NCBI GenBank assembly: GCA_951406725.2
Contig: OX597818.1
Coordinates: forward strand, 137,516,001-137,580,000
Length of the DNA: 64,000 bases
Source of the DNA: Octopus vulgaris
Taxonomy: Eukaryota
Reading direction: 5' to 3'
Numbering within the stretch: the first letter of the stretch is position 1; the number at the start of each line of letters is the position of its first letter. The translations under genes were made by a program, and so were the position numbers. The notes under the pieces were generated by a model. That model saw only the letters and a program-made list of their open reading frames with translations, had not been told where the DNA came from and made no database searches. This document shows, piece after piece, positions 14,556 to 28,164 of this stretch.

Positions 14556-14940
14556 GGAAGCACTCCGTCGGTTACGACGACGAGGGTTCCGGTTGATCCG
14601 AATCAACGGAACAGCCTGCTCGTGAAATTAACGTGTAAGTGGCTGAGCACTCCACAGACACGTGTACCCTTAACGCAGTTTTCGGGGATATTCAGCGTGA
14701 CACAGAGAGTGACAAGGCCGGCCCTTTGAAGTACAGGCGCAACAGAAACAGGAAGAAAGAGTGAGAGAAAGTTGTGGTGAAAGAGTACAGCAGGGATCGC
14801 CACCATCCCCTGCCGGAGCCTCGTGGAGCTTTTAGGTGTTTTCGCTCAATAAACACTCACAACGCCCGGTCTGGGAATCGAAACCGCGATCCTATGACCG
14901 CGGGTCCGCTGCCCTAACCACTGGGCCATTGCGCCTCCAC
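14556..14940 (-). mobile_element. SINE family B, full length, 12-bp TSD
   Basis: TSD TTCTAATAACTT at 14544-14555 and 14941-14952, with a tRNA-like head carrying A and B boxes. Confidence 0.92.
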
Positions 14941-15121
14941 TTCTAATAACTTAACCTGGTACGCGACACATAAATATTGTATTACTGTAATTAATGGGTA
15001 TATTGTGAAAGTGATGTTAATTTTATTAGTTTTTAGTGGTGCGAAGCCCTATATAAGTATATTCTCGAGATTAAAGGATTGGGTATTTATGTAGGTACAT
15101 TAATAATGAATTATTGCTAAC

Positions 15122-15258
15122 AGGCGCAGGCGTACCTGTGTGGTAAAAAGCTTGTTACCTAATCATATGGTTCCGGGTTCAGGTCCCACTCCGTGGCACC
15201 TTGGGCAAGTGTCTTCTACTATAGACACGGGCCCACAAAAGGCTTGTGAGTTGTTTTG

Positions 15259-15289
<31 letters not shown>

Positions 15290-15510
15290 TGTATGTATTT
15301 ATGTATGCGTATATGTGCGCGTCTGTGCTTGTCTCAACCGGTGTTCGTGTATTTACGTCCCCCTAACTTAGCGGCTCGGAAAAACAAAATCGATAGAATA
15401 AGTACCAGACTTTTAAAAAAAAACTGGGGTTGAAACATTCGACTACAATTTCTTTAAAGCAATGCCCCAGCATGGCCGCACTCTAATGACTGAAACAAGT
15501 AAAAGATAAA
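15122..15510 (+). mobile_element. SINE family A, diverged
   Basis: Head AGGCGCAGGCGTACCTGTGTGG and tail CCAGCATGGCCGCA...TGACTGAAACAAGTAAAAGA. Confidence 0.8.
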
Positions 15511-15749
15511 ACTGAATCACTTACTAATCTATGCTTATTGTTTCCTTAGCGAAAACATTTTCACAGAACAGTAATAAAAACAAAGTAGTATTATACTGTC
15601 AACTTAATGTGACAGTCCCATGAAGGGAATCACACCACCGCTATTTAGCCCTAGGAAGCAGCAACGCTTCCTGTCGGCCTTGACACATTTCCTGTGTCCT
15701 TATGTTTGCAAGGGGGAGATAAGCACCTCCACCCATCTAAGCCTGCATT

Positions 15750-15788
15750 CAGAGACTAGTTTCTGATTCTTTGCTCGTCATCAGTCTG
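15750..15788 (-). ncRNA. Minimal type I HHR motif
   Basis: Minus strand reads CAGA-CTGATGA-CGAGCAAAGAATCA-GAAA-CTAG-TC-TCTG. Helix I has 4 bp, helix III is palindromic and helix II is weak. Confidence 0.65.
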
Positions 15789-16140
15789 GAGTAACATGGC
15801 CTGCTAGTTGGAAATGCCTACCTGGCCTTTGCAAAATTATAAGAATTCTGGGCTGGTTAATTAATCTCCGGTGTAACATACAAGTAATTACGTCAGACTA
15901 TCGCAAAAAATAATAGACTTTTCACAGACATGTCTGTTCGCAATTGTTTGTTCTTGTAGGAATGGAAAAAATTTCTCTCACAGATACAAATTACGTAGAC
16001 AAAGTACCGTTTAAATTAGTAGATATCGGATATTATTGCGGCCCGATGGGTAAAAACACAGCAGTGTGGTGAGAATTTGGATCCCTTTAATCATAATAAC
16101 AAAGCCAATTCGACGATCAAGCTGAGTTGCTGTAATGGAT

Positions 16141-16464
16141 GGAAGCACTCCGTCGGTTACGACGATGAGGGTTCCGGTTGATCCGAATCAACGGAACAGC
16201 CTGCTCGTGAAATTAACGTGTAAGTGGCTGAGCACTCCACAGACACATGTACCCTTAACGTAGTTCTCGGGGATATTCAGCGTGACACAGAGAGTGACAA
16301 GGCCGGCCCTTTGAAATACAGGTACAACAGAAACAGGAAGTAAGAGTGAGAGAAAGTTGTGGTGAAAGAGTACAGCAGGGATCACCACCATCCCTGCCGG
16401 AGCTTCGTGGAGCACTCCTACGACCGCGAGTCCGCTGCCCTAACCACTGGGCCATTGCGCATCC
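16141..16464 (-). mobile_element. SINE family B with internal deletion
   Basis: Near-identical to 14556-14940 but lacks about 60 bp including the B box. Confidence 0.88.
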
Positions 16465-17194
16465 TGTTGTAATACAGCAGCAATCATAACAATACCAATT
16501 TTACAGTCCACACACCGGAATCCAAAACATTATGTCAAAAGTAGACTTTGTCCCAAAATCGAGGACGTACATATAAGTATTTAAATAGTTTATCATAAAA
16601 TAAGATAAATTCAAGATTTATCTCATAACAGAAGACTAAATTGAATTTTATATTCTATGTGAAACGAAATACCATGTATTAGTATGTGTGTGTGTGTGTG
16701 TGTGTAATTCTACAGATCTCCTTAATTTAAACAATAATGAATTCTCAAAAAGTTTTAGTTATTCTCTTGGGAATGACTTACGTATGTCTATATGTTTAAG
16801 CAGGAATTTCGTTTAAATGCTGTTAAATAAATTATTCTAGAATGGTGAGAATGGATTCGAAAAAAAAAAACTTCAGCAAATATCAAGGAACCCTTGACTG
16901 AATTCTTGTCATAGCATCCACACTTCTTTTTCTTTGCAAAATTAAAGAATTTGTCTTCTGTTTGTAGATCTTTAGCAGTTTTTTACAGAATATATTTTAT
17001 AAGTTTTGGCAATTCTTTTCTTCATAGAAAATTCCTGGTTGTTTTCTTCGCTTGTTCAAAATTCATAGAAAATATAGAAAATCGAAAAAAATAAAAAGAA
17101 CAATTAAAAATAAAAAGCAAAAAATAATATACAACAACGTTAGGAAATCGCTTTCCATCATACATATCTGTGTGTATAGGTATATGTATAAATA

Positions 17195-17198
17195 TATA

Positions 17199-17240
<42 letters not shown>

Positions 17241-17508
17241 TATATATATATATATATATATATGCATATATATGTATATATATATATATAGACATATATA
17301 TGCATATATATATATATATATATATCATATATATTTATACATATATATATATATATATATGCATATATATTTATACATATATATATATATATATATGCAT
17401 ATATATATATATATATGCATATATATATATATGATATATATATATATATATATACATACATATATATGCATATATATATATGCATATATATATATGCATA
17501 TATATATA

Positions 17509-17566
<58 letters not shown>
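17195..17566. repeat. Compound (TA)n tract with GC interruptions
   Basis: Direct reading. Confidence 0.95.
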
Positions 17567-17571
<5 letters not shown>

Positions 17572-18163
17572 TTATTTCAAAACAATATGTAAGACTTCTT
17601 TCACCTCTCCTCGCTGGGACACGGTGACAGTGGTGTGACAAAAGCGAAGATGGTTTTGACAGTGTAAATCGAACAGTCGCATGACCACAGTATTCCCAAG
17701 AGAGCAAGACCATTCTCACGTTCCTGAATCACTCTATTAACCAGGACAATGTTTTTTTGCTTCACTTGCAGCATTGTCTTTTCAATTGAACAAGACAGAT
17801 TACACATTTACGTCTTCAGATTGCCAATTTTTAAACGCACCCTTGGTAGTTCGTAGCCATTAAGAACAAGCATCTGCCATAAAATACATAAAGGATTCGA
17901 GAATCTATGGCAATGCATACATACACGCATACGCATGCACACATACATACATACACGCACTCCACCCCATATATATATATATATATTATACACACATATA
18001 TACATATATATATACGTATATACATAGACATGTGTACATTTGTATATGTATGTTTATATGTATGTATACATATAAATATACATACATATATACATAAATA
18101 TGTAAACATATATATCTATATGTATTTATGTGTGCATTTATGAGTACGTATATAGTACGTGTA

Positions 18164-18287
<124 letters not shown>

Positions 18288-19774
18288 CATACATACAAAG
18301 AGAGTAGAAGATAAAGGCATACTTATATGTGTACAGGGAGATATCCTTAAGCAGGTATTGTTCTGGAGGTTTAGTTCATTCCAGACAGCATATCAGAATA
18401 ATTGTCTACCACATCATCACTCCAATACGAAATCTAATCAAATAATTCACTCGGGTGTATTTAATTACGAAAATGGTTGCTGTCATAGGAGCCATGTCAT
18501 TATTTACGTCTCTATAAGAGCTTTGGGTTGGCTGAATCGGTAATGCATCAGAATATATGTTTTACTGTATATGTTTAGTTGTGTTTGTTTGCATTGTATG
18601 TTCAAATATCACTGTGGCCAATGAAGTTGGATTTTTTTCTTCGTAAGGAATCTGTAAAATAAGTATTTTTGCCAATAAAATGTATGAAACACAAGAGAGT
18701 GTGTTTGTTTCAATAAATCTCGTTTCGCTGCAAGGAGCGAAAAAGTTTGAATTTCTTTACTTGTTTTTTTCAGGACAGAGGGTAGTGATAGCGATCCGTT
18801 ACAAGGAGAGAAGTTAGTTTAAATCGGAAAATCTAGGCTAAATGCTTGCAACAGATCACCAAAACTAGATTGGGAAGTTAAACTGGGCAACCGGTTAAGT
18901 ATTGAAAAATTTCAGAAAGCCTGGTTTGGCCCTCTATTAGAATGTCTATTAAAGTTTCCACCGTACTACTTAAAAATTCAAAATTCAATTGCTTAAGGGA
19001 ATTGTACATACTTAGTCTTCTTGGTTTTATGATAAACTGAAAATGAAATACAACAGCAATTACTAGCGTTCTTTGCATAGAAAATTAAATAAAAAAATCT
19101 TACAGTTTAAAGTTTAGAGAAGTTATAAGAATCTCTATTGATATTTCGACGTCTTTTCGTTGAGAACCCCCCCCCCCGAGTTTCGGAATATACTTGATAT
19201 TACAGCTTATCCACTCATGTTTAAAACGTCGTTATAGTAAGGCGCTGACTTGTCAAAATGCTTTTAACTTGAAGTCTTCTTCGAAATTCTTCTTCTTCGT
19301 TCATAAATCTTTTGTATATTCTAGATGGCTGGCACGAACTTGAGCTAGCATGGTTTATTCATTTGATTTTTTGAATGGTTTATATAAGTTAGTATTTAAA
19401 TTAAGAGTGACATCTTGTAAATTAATCTTACGTTTATCGTTGGTGTGATTTTAAAAACCGGAAGTACTAAATATTTGAATAATATATTTCTGCAGCGCAT
19501 CTAGTATGAGACGTCCATCCGTCACACATTTCAAATCAAAGTTTATAGACGTTTAAACTTCTGGCTGAATATATCGAAAATCTAAAATCTTACACGATCG
19601 CATACATCAGAGCTATCCATAAGACTATGATTATTTCGAATGCAGTATTGAAAAAATATCCCGCAAATCTCCTCATCTGCCACGAAGAGATTTTATAGTT
19701 GAAGAGGATTTGTGCTGAGCTCATATTTAAATCAAAGACAAGCTGTATAAATATATGCATTATATATGTATATA

Positions 19775-19848
<74 letters not shown>

Positions 19849-19850
<2 letters not shown>

Positions 19851-20132
19851 GAGGGCAGCGGACTCGCGGCCGTAGGATCGTGGTTTCGATTCCCAAACCG
19901 GGCGTTGTGAGTGTTTATTGAGCGAAAACACCTAAAAGCTCCACGAGGCTCCGACAGGGGGTGGTGATCCCCGCTGTACTCTTTCACCACTCTTTCTCCC
20001 ACTCTTTATTTTGTTGGCCTGCTCGCTTAGCCAGCGGGGTGGCGTCATTCGAAAGCTAAAACAATGCGAACGCATTGTGACCAGCGATGTGTAAAACATC
20101 TGATGCTCTGGTCGGTCACGTGATCACCTGAT
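19849..20132 (+). mobile_element. SINE B' (5'-truncated)
   Basis: Same tail as 1909-2214. Confidence 0.85.
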
Positions 20133-20734
20133 ATATATATATGTAGTTCAAACTTGACAAGTGTAGGAACAACAAGCAAGTGTATTAGTTTGACGCTCAT
20201 GAGAAATGGAAAAGTCTTTTACGTTTCGAGTTCAGTGGTCCGACATGTCGAATGATTAGAAAAAATAGAAGTTGAATGAAAGGGAGATAATATAATAAAG
20301 AGAGGTTGAATGAAAGGGAGATAATTCATGATGATTCCAACAAGAGGAAGTGCGCAAGCGTGACTGTGTTTGTGAGAATGATGTATGTGAGTGTGTAAGT
20401 GTGTATGTGTAAATATGAGGGCGAGTAAGTATGACGCGCGTGTGTTTGTGTTTGTGTGCGCGCGTGGATAACATGTGTGTATGTTGTGTGTAGCAGTTGA
20501 TGTGTGCTCTTTTACGTTGTGTGGCCACATGTGAATTCGTGTGTGTGTGTATGTGTGTGTGTGTGTGTGTGTGTGTCACTGTGAACAAGTAGTGTGCATG
20601 TGTATGTATGGAGGCGAAAATTATTTTTTGTCTGTGTGTGTTGCATGTGCTTATGCGTGTTGCATGTGTGTGTATGTGTGCATGTGTGTATGTGTACGTA
20701 TCGTCTGTGTTCAGGTATTATGTACTTGAGTGAA

Positions 20735-21331
20735 TGTGGGAATGAAGAGCAGATGTCAACTCGGGATTTGCGGCTGCTTTCGGACAATTCATGAGGCACC
20801 CATTTTCCAAGTTTAGGAACCTTTCCAGGTTCTTGAAGATGACGATGAACAGTTGTATGGTTTGAACTAAGCTTTATCACCAATTCTTCAACTGATAATG
20901 CAGGATTTTCTTCAAGTAATGCCTCAAGGAGCTTATCATCAAACTCAACTGGACGTCCTGTTCGATCTTCATCCTCAAGGCTGAAATCTCCACTTCTGAA
21001 TTTTGCAAACCATCTCCTGCAAGTTCTTTGATTCAAGCATTCTTTCCCATAAACTGAGTGTATGTTTCGAGTCGCTTCGGCTGCAGAGCTTCCCTTTTTG
21101 TACTCATAAAGCATTATGTGCTTCAAATGCTTTTTGGATACTTCCATGTTAGAAAGAGTTTTAATCAAATAATTTTTAATTCCATTATTCTGTAAAATAA
21201 TATTTAATTACTTTAAATGTAGACAAATACATAAAAATAATTTTAAAATCCATTAGACATTCTAAAATACTATTAAATTTCATTCAATTCGAAAAAAAGG
21301 TAAAATCGGACAGAAATTATGGGATGACCTG
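20735..21331 (-). pseudogene. Mariner transposon 5' half (TIR plus transposase N-terminus)
   Basis: MEVSKKHLKHIMLYEYKKG...RRWFAKFRSGDFSLEDEDRTGRP...KWVPHELSE (HTH domains plus WVPHEL linker). TIR-like CAGGTCATCCCATAA at 21330 on the minus strand. Confidence 0.92.
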
Positions 21332-22984
21332 AAACATACTGTTGCCGCTGTACTGATACTCATATTGTTACTTCGACTGCTGCCGCTACTGCTAGTGATA
21401 TCACTTTTACATAAACATCGTAAATTTACATGAGGATCAATAATTACTTAAACTCGAAACACCAAAGTGAACAACAAAAATACGCGAAATGTTTTCCGGG
21501 TTGTGTGTTTGTTTTTAATGAATGAATATAGAGGCTGGCATTTTCTCAAAATTAGGGACAACTAACTTATGAGACAAGAAGGAAAAGGGAACGGATCAGT
21601 TTGGACAGTTCTGGCAATGAGTCAAACATTCGAATGTTCTACAAACTTATTTTGTTTTCGATGGAAACTGACCGATGTTTGGAGATTTGTTTCAATGATG
21701 GAGTAGAACCCGGTTTGTGTTTTAATTAAATCAAACATGTTCGTGAAAAATGACATTTGTTTTTACACGTCTAATAATTAATATAGATCCCGCTACTATA
21801 TCTTCGTGCTTTATATTTCAACTGTATTTTTTTTTTATGTGTCTGTCTGTTAAGATGTAGTGACTTTATTAATGGAAGATGGATTTCCCTGGGTAATATT
21901 TAACGATCTTGCAACATTATGTCTGGACGTTTGGACGTACATGTGGTAAGCTCTGTTGATCGAAAGGTTACTTCTAGACAGGTTAGTGAGGGAAAATGTT
22001 AATCAATGCGATTGTGATTTTTACGTTTTACAATCTCTCTTTTTCAAATTTTAGTGGCTCGATTGCATCTTTGCTAGAACACGAACAACTATCATAGAAA
22101 ATTTCAAACGATAAGACACCCACACAGTCGTTTATCCGATAGAAATAACAGCCAGCACTCTGTTAGATACGTCTTAAAGTTTTAAAAACTGATATTGATG
22201 TGAAAATGAAGGGAAGGTCATGATTCGGATTCATTTCATGCTAGCTCGCATACGTTAGGTCAGACTTGGAATTAAACCATCAATACCAATAACCACAATG
22301 TGTGAGTGTGACTGTGCGTGCTCGCGCGAGCGCGTGTGTGTGTCAGTGTATGTGTGTGTATATATATGTATATACATATATATATATCAAACTAAAATTA
22401 TTGAAGAAACAAATGCAAGGTCATCCGCATAGCATTTCATAATTCGAACATTTAATCATAGAATATACATATAAACATCCCGCAAGATGGAACATAATTC
22501 TCTGTACAATCATACAAGCATATAATAATAATAAGGTGCGAGGAAAAAATGTTTTCTTCATCAAAATTTAGAGTTAATATTTTAGCGATTCAGAAAAAAT
22601 ACATTTTGTAAAAAGACGTAGAAAGTAAAAATATAATATAAGTAATATATAAAAATATATAGGTATATGAAAATATATAAAATATATATATATATATACA
22701 CATATATATACATAGGAGCATATAAAAAATATATAATATATATCATGTAAATAAAATAAAAGTTCATCGTTTAGAAATCTTATTAAATAATTATTCAGGT
22801 AAAAGAAGCCTTGTAGAAGGGAACCATATTTACTTATCCCTATGGCCATTTCAGGGGTGTATTATTATGTTTAAAGTACAACGTATGTATATATGTATGT
22901 ATGCATGTATGCATGTATGTATGTGTGCATGTATGTTATGTATGTATGTATGTATGTATGTATATATGTATGTATATTTGTATG

Positions 22985-23372
22985 CGTGCAGATTTCTATG
23001 TTTTGCTTTATGAATGTATTCTCATGCATATAGTTACATATCTAGATAAGCTCATATATATTTAATTGATAAACTACTAGAAAATTTTACAGATTTTTAC
23101 AGTTCCGGTGATAGATTAGATCTGTTGTCTTCGAATTAGATTTCTCCTTTCTCCTTTTGAGGACCCTAATTTCTCAAGATTGGTAGTTAGGCAATATGTT
23201 ACATATCTCAGCGCCCCAATAATTACAGGTATAAACCTGAACTTGTAGTCTGGATAAAATAACTGCAAATTTCTCAATAGTTCAGCGTAGGTATTCTCTT
23301 TTTCACTGATCTTCCGTCTTGTGTTAACACCCGCTAGGCAGCTAATTTCCACAACTGTACACAGTTGTGGAT
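22985..23372 (-). pseudogene. Second R4/Dong-like RLE 3' fragment
   Basis: EISCLAGVNTRRKISEKENTYAELLRNLQLFYPDYKFRFIPVIIGAL, homologous to 6311-6595 including the start of the 3' UTR, adjacent to (TATG)n. Confidence 0.85.
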
Positions 23373-23435
23373 TTGGTACACGGAAAGTGAAAGGATTCCG
23401 TCGTATATATATATATATATACGTATATATATATT

Positions 23436-23817
23436 ACTCTTTTACTTGTTTCAGTCATTTGACTGCGGCCATGTGGGGCACCGCCTTTAGTCGAGGAAAT
23501 CGACTTATTCTTTGTAAGCCCAGTACTTATTCTATCGGTCTCTTTTGCCAAACCGCTAAGTTACGGGGACGTAAACACACCAGCATCGGTTGTCAAACAA
23601 TGGTGGGGTGGGGGGACAAACACAGACACACACACATACATATATATATATACATATATACGACGGGCTTCTTTCAGTTTCCGTCTACCAAATCCACTCA
23701 CAAAGCTTTGGTCGGCCCGAGGCGATAGTAGAAGACACTTGCCCAAGGTGCCACGCAGTGGGACTGAACCCGGAACCATGTGGTTGATAAGCAAGCTACT
23801 TACCACACAGCAGTCAC
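23436..23817 (-). mobile_element. SINE family A
   Basis: Matches 312-707. Confidence 0.9.
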
Positions 23818-24045
23818 TTCTTTCTTTCTTTCTTTCTTTCTTTCCTTCTTTCCTTCTTTCTTTCTTTTTTCTTTCTAATTGCTGAACGACATGCACAAAT
23901 GATTTGTTTGTAATGATCAAATGTTTGTGAAAACGTATTTGGAAACAGATTTTGTTGCATTTTGGAAGTGGCATTTAGTCAATTAAAACTCACACTGGTT
24001 GTAATTAAATGTCTGTCTGATTGCTTTATTTATTGATCAAGTATA

Positions 24046-24208
24046 TGCGCAGGAGTGGCTGTGTGTTAAGTAGCTTGTCTACCAACCACATGACTCCGGG
24101 TTCAGTCCCACTGCGTAGCACCTTGGTCAAGTGTCTTCTACTATAGTCTCGGGCCGACCAAAGCCTTGTGAGTGGATTTGGTAGACGGAAACTGAAAGAA
24201 GCCCGTCG

Positions 24209-24240
<32 letters not shown>

Positions 24241-24438
24241 TGTGTGTGTTTGTGTGTCTGTATTTGTCCCCCTGGCATTGCTTGACAACCGATGCTGGTG
24301 TGTTTATGTCCCCGTTACTTAGTGGTTCGGTAAAAGATACCGATAGAATAAGTACTGGGCTTACAAAAGAATAAGTCCCGATTAAAGGCGGTGCTCCAGC
24401 ATGGCCGCAGTCAAATGACTGAAACAAGTAAAAGAGTA
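24046..24438 (+). mobile_element. SINE family A
   Basis: Matches 312-707 in reverse orientation. Confidence 0.9.
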
Positions 24439-25009
24439 ATTGTCTTAGCAAAGTCTTTCCCTGGATATCTGATGCATTTTCAGTGATTTTTTTTTTTTTT
24501 GCAACCGATCATTCATCTTCTTCGTGATATGCGTGTATGTGATTCTAAGTACAAGCATGTAACACTTCCCGGCCCTCCGTCAATCTCAGGGGGCTTCGGT
24601 GTAGTTACCCACACATACACACACACACAAGCACACACACGCGCATATCTACACGCACGTATACAAACGCAGGCACGAATATAGTAGTATAGATACATAC
24701 TTAAATACCTATGAAAACTGGACATAGACTGAAACGATTGTGGAGAAATCATTGACTGGGTAGAAAAGGAAGAGTACAATTTTGACAATAAATTCATGAT
24801 AAAAGTGAACTGCCATGATTTTGAGTGTTTTCATTGGACGAAAAACCTTCCCGCAGTAATATAATAGGTATATTTATGTATACAAAAATAATATATATAC
24901 CTATGTATGTGTAAGTGAGTGCGCGCGCGTTTATATGTATACCTATATATACATGCATATATACATATACATATATATATATATATAAATGTGTGTGTAT
25001 ATATATTAA

Positions 25010-25215
25010 TTATATTTTTTAAATAATTTTGTTATATATTTAAATAATATAAATTAAATAATCTTATGTATTGGCTTAAGTTTTTCATTGTATGATTTGC
25101 CTAATAGTGGTTTTATCTCTAATTTAATATAATATAATATTTTACTATAAAATTGGATTCAATCCTAAATCTGATTTTTCCCTGTAAGTTTGGATTTATT
25201 CACTAATATTTATTA

Positions 25216-25220
<5 letters not shown>
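25010..25220 (+). mobile_element. AT-rich (TA)n-associated repeat, 3' part of the family at 40300-40628
   Basis: About 130 bp near-identical to 40500-40628 (TCTTATGTATTGGCTTAAGTTTTTCATTGTATGATTTGCC...). Confidence 0.75.
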
Positions 25221-25254
<34 letters not shown>

Positions 25255-25256
<2 letters not shown>

Positions 25257-25658
25257 ACAATTGAGGGTAAAATTAATTAATTAATCAATTTCACCAAGTG
25301 TTCAGTATGTAAAAGGACTATTTAAGGCGAATTCAAAAGATTACATTATATAATTAGGGCTTAGTAAAATAAATTACTTTGCCACATACTGAACTTAGCA
25401 GAAATAGCAGCCAAAAAAAATTTTCTTAGCATTTCTACTACTTAAAGAAAATTTCTCTCAGATAATGTTTACTCTAGACAGCTCATGAAGGTTTGGGGGT
25501 ATTTACCCCCAAACCTTCGTGAGCTGTCTAGAGTAAACATTATCTGAGAGAAATTTTCTTTAAGTAGTAGAAATGCTAAGAAAATTTTTTTTGGCTGCTA
25601 TTTCTGCTAAGTTCAGTATGTGGCAAAGTAATTTATTTTACTAAGCCCTAATTATATA

Positions 25659-25660
<2 letters not shown>
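25255..25660. mobile_element. Fold-back copy of the 546-bp HHR repeat family 3' region
   Basis: Near-perfect palindrome with ~155-bp arms centred at GGGGGTATTTACCCCC (~25503). The sequence is homologous to the array unit, with (TA)n on both sides. Confidence 0.88.
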
Positions 25661-25712
<52 letters not shown>

Positions 25713-25799
25713 AACGTGTATTCAAACATTTAGAAGGAAAAATATGTATATGTAAATATATATTTATATGTGCGTGTGTGTATATCTATCTATCTATCA

Positions 25800-25937
<138 letters not shown>

Positions 25938-26504
25938 TTATACATAGATGTATTTATACTTAAAGATGTAAATATGATCATACATTTTTATTGATGTGTA
26001 TATGTACATACAGACATATACAAAAATATAGATAATAACCTTTTCTTCATGTAAATGTTTATACATAAGTGTGTGTGTGTTTATATTTATATATGTATGT
26101 GTATATGTATATATATATGCACACACACACATATATATGCTTATCGATATGTGTGTGTGTGTGTGTGTTTGTGTGTGTGCGCGCCTGCGCGTATATGATT
26201 TTTCTGTATATTTGGGTAGTGAATGCCTGAGTTCGTGCGCATGGATTATTATAGATTAGAAGCAACAAGAGAGTATTTCAGATGTCATGTCAGTCGCGCA
26301 TCGTCTACCCTTAACACACCGCTATTCACAGCCGGTTAACCATCAATCACCTCTCAACCAGATTATCAGTCCAGATTCACCTCTTTATCCTTGTCATAAC
26401 CTCCCAGGCTGTGACGAAACATGCAACAAGCTGTGTGTGTATATGTGTGTGTGTGTGTGTGCCCCACGCGAAACACAGACACGTCCTGTTAGTATTATTA
26501 TTAT

Positions 26505-26818
26505 TATTATTTTATTGTATTTTTGTATTTATATTCGTGTAACAACGTCTGTTTTTCCGTCCTTGTTTTCGTCCTTTTTTTCCCAAGGAATCTAATGCTC
26601 TTAGCTTAGTCTTTCCTTGGGGCTGGCCATATTGGAGCAATCTCAAGATTAATCAGCCGAAATTGCGAGGATGATCCGGTTCTTGACTGAGGATAAAAAG
26701 CTTCGAATGACCCGTCATTGTCTTTTTTTTTTGTATCGTCTATCTGGATGTTTTGTTGTCCCTTTTTGTATGACCTAGTTGTCTGATTTTTGCGTTCTTG
26801 TCCCATTTTGTATGTTAT
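26505..26818 (+). mobile_element. (TA)n-associated ~300-bp repeat family F (also 39820-40091 minus, 49085-49398 plus)
   Basis: Shared CCAAGGAATCTAATGCTCTTAGCTT...TTCCTTGG hairpin and a CTGAGGA...CGAA(A)TGACCCGTC motif. Confidence 0.8.
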
Positions 26819-26829
26819 ACATATACATA

Positions 26830-26872
<43 letters not shown>

Positions 26873-26873
<1 letters not shown>

Positions 26874-27045
26874 GGGTCATCCCATAAATAATGCGGTTTT
26901 CTCAATTGCATGAAGCGGACGGTATAAACTACCTGCATCAACTTCCCATAATTACAAATAATAATTTTACCTTGTCTTCATTCTTAGTGCAAGTTTTGAA
27001 GAGTGCATCTAAAGCAAATTTTTTTCATTCTGTCTTAAAATAATA
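26873..27045 (+). mobile_element. Mariner 5' end fragment (TIR plus 5' UTR)
   Basis: TA-GGGTCATCCCATAAATAATGCGGTTTT is the reverse complement of the TIR at 48124-48149, and the UTR is similar to 46980-47100. Confidence 0.75.
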
Positions 27046-27282
27046 CTGCAGACGCATTTTACTGTTTTACTTGCGTGAACCCCACAAACTCTATTATGGA
27101 TCCTCAGTGGTCATGTGGACCCCAGTTGAGAATCACTGGTTTAGTCAAACAAATCGACCCCAATACTTATTTTAAAGCTTAATACTTATTATATCGGTAA
27201 CTTGTTGCTAGACCCCTAGTTACAGGATGTACAGAACCCCACACCAGCTTTCGAGGGATGGCAGCGGACAAACCCATGAAAC

Positions 27283-27335
<53 letters not shown>

Positions 27336-27363
27336 CACAAACACACACAAACATACACACACA

Positions 27364-27419
<56 letters not shown>

Positions 27420-27751
27420 CGGGCTTCTTTCAGTTTCCGTGTACCAAATTCCCTCGACGTAGACACACATTTCTTTGCATGTTACTCATCTGAGGCAGGA
27501 CCTTCACGCTCGAGTTACGTAAAGGTTTTGCAACTTTCATCTCTGCATTATTAGAGGTTTTCCTCATTTCATTTCATATTCTATTTCTGTACTATAATGC
27601 TTCAAGCGAACAAAAACTCTCTTCTTACACCCCCACACACATACACATACACGCACACACACAGACACGCACACACACTCACACATACGCACACACATAC
27701 ATATGTATGTATGATGTCATGTTAGAGGTCACCTTTTTGTATATAAATGTA

Positions 27752-28164
27752 CTCTCTCTTTTACTTGTTTCAGTCATTTGACTGCGGCCATGCTGGAGCA
27801 CCACCTTTAGTCGAGCAAATCGACCCCGGGACTTATTCTTTTTTAAAGCCCTGTACTTATTCTATCGGTCTCTTTTTGCCGAACCGCTAGGTGACGGGGA
27901 CGTAAACACACCAGCATCGGTTGTCAAGCGATGGTGGGGTGGCGGACAAACACAGACACACAAACATATACACACACATGCATATATATATACACATATA
28001 TACGACAGGCTTCTTTCAGTTTCCGTCTACCAAATCCGCTCACAAGGCATTGGTTGGCCCGAGGCTATAGCAGAAGACACTTGCCCAAGATGCCACGCAG
28101 TGGGACTGAACCCGGAACAATGTGGTTGGTAAGCAAGCTACTTACCACACAGCTACTCCTGCGG
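27752..28164 (-). mobile_element. SINE family A
   Basis: Matches 312-707. Confidence 0.9.

Noticed and set aside
14603-14806. Recurrent 67-aa ORF (MVVIPAVLFHHNF...) in seven places
   Set aside because: It lies within SINE family B, so recurrence reflects copy identity rather than a gene family.
21855-21945. Possible plus-strand 91-nt exon (AG...GTAAGC, one open frame)
   Set aside because: It is too short and has no recognisable homology. Such splice-like pairs arise by chance.
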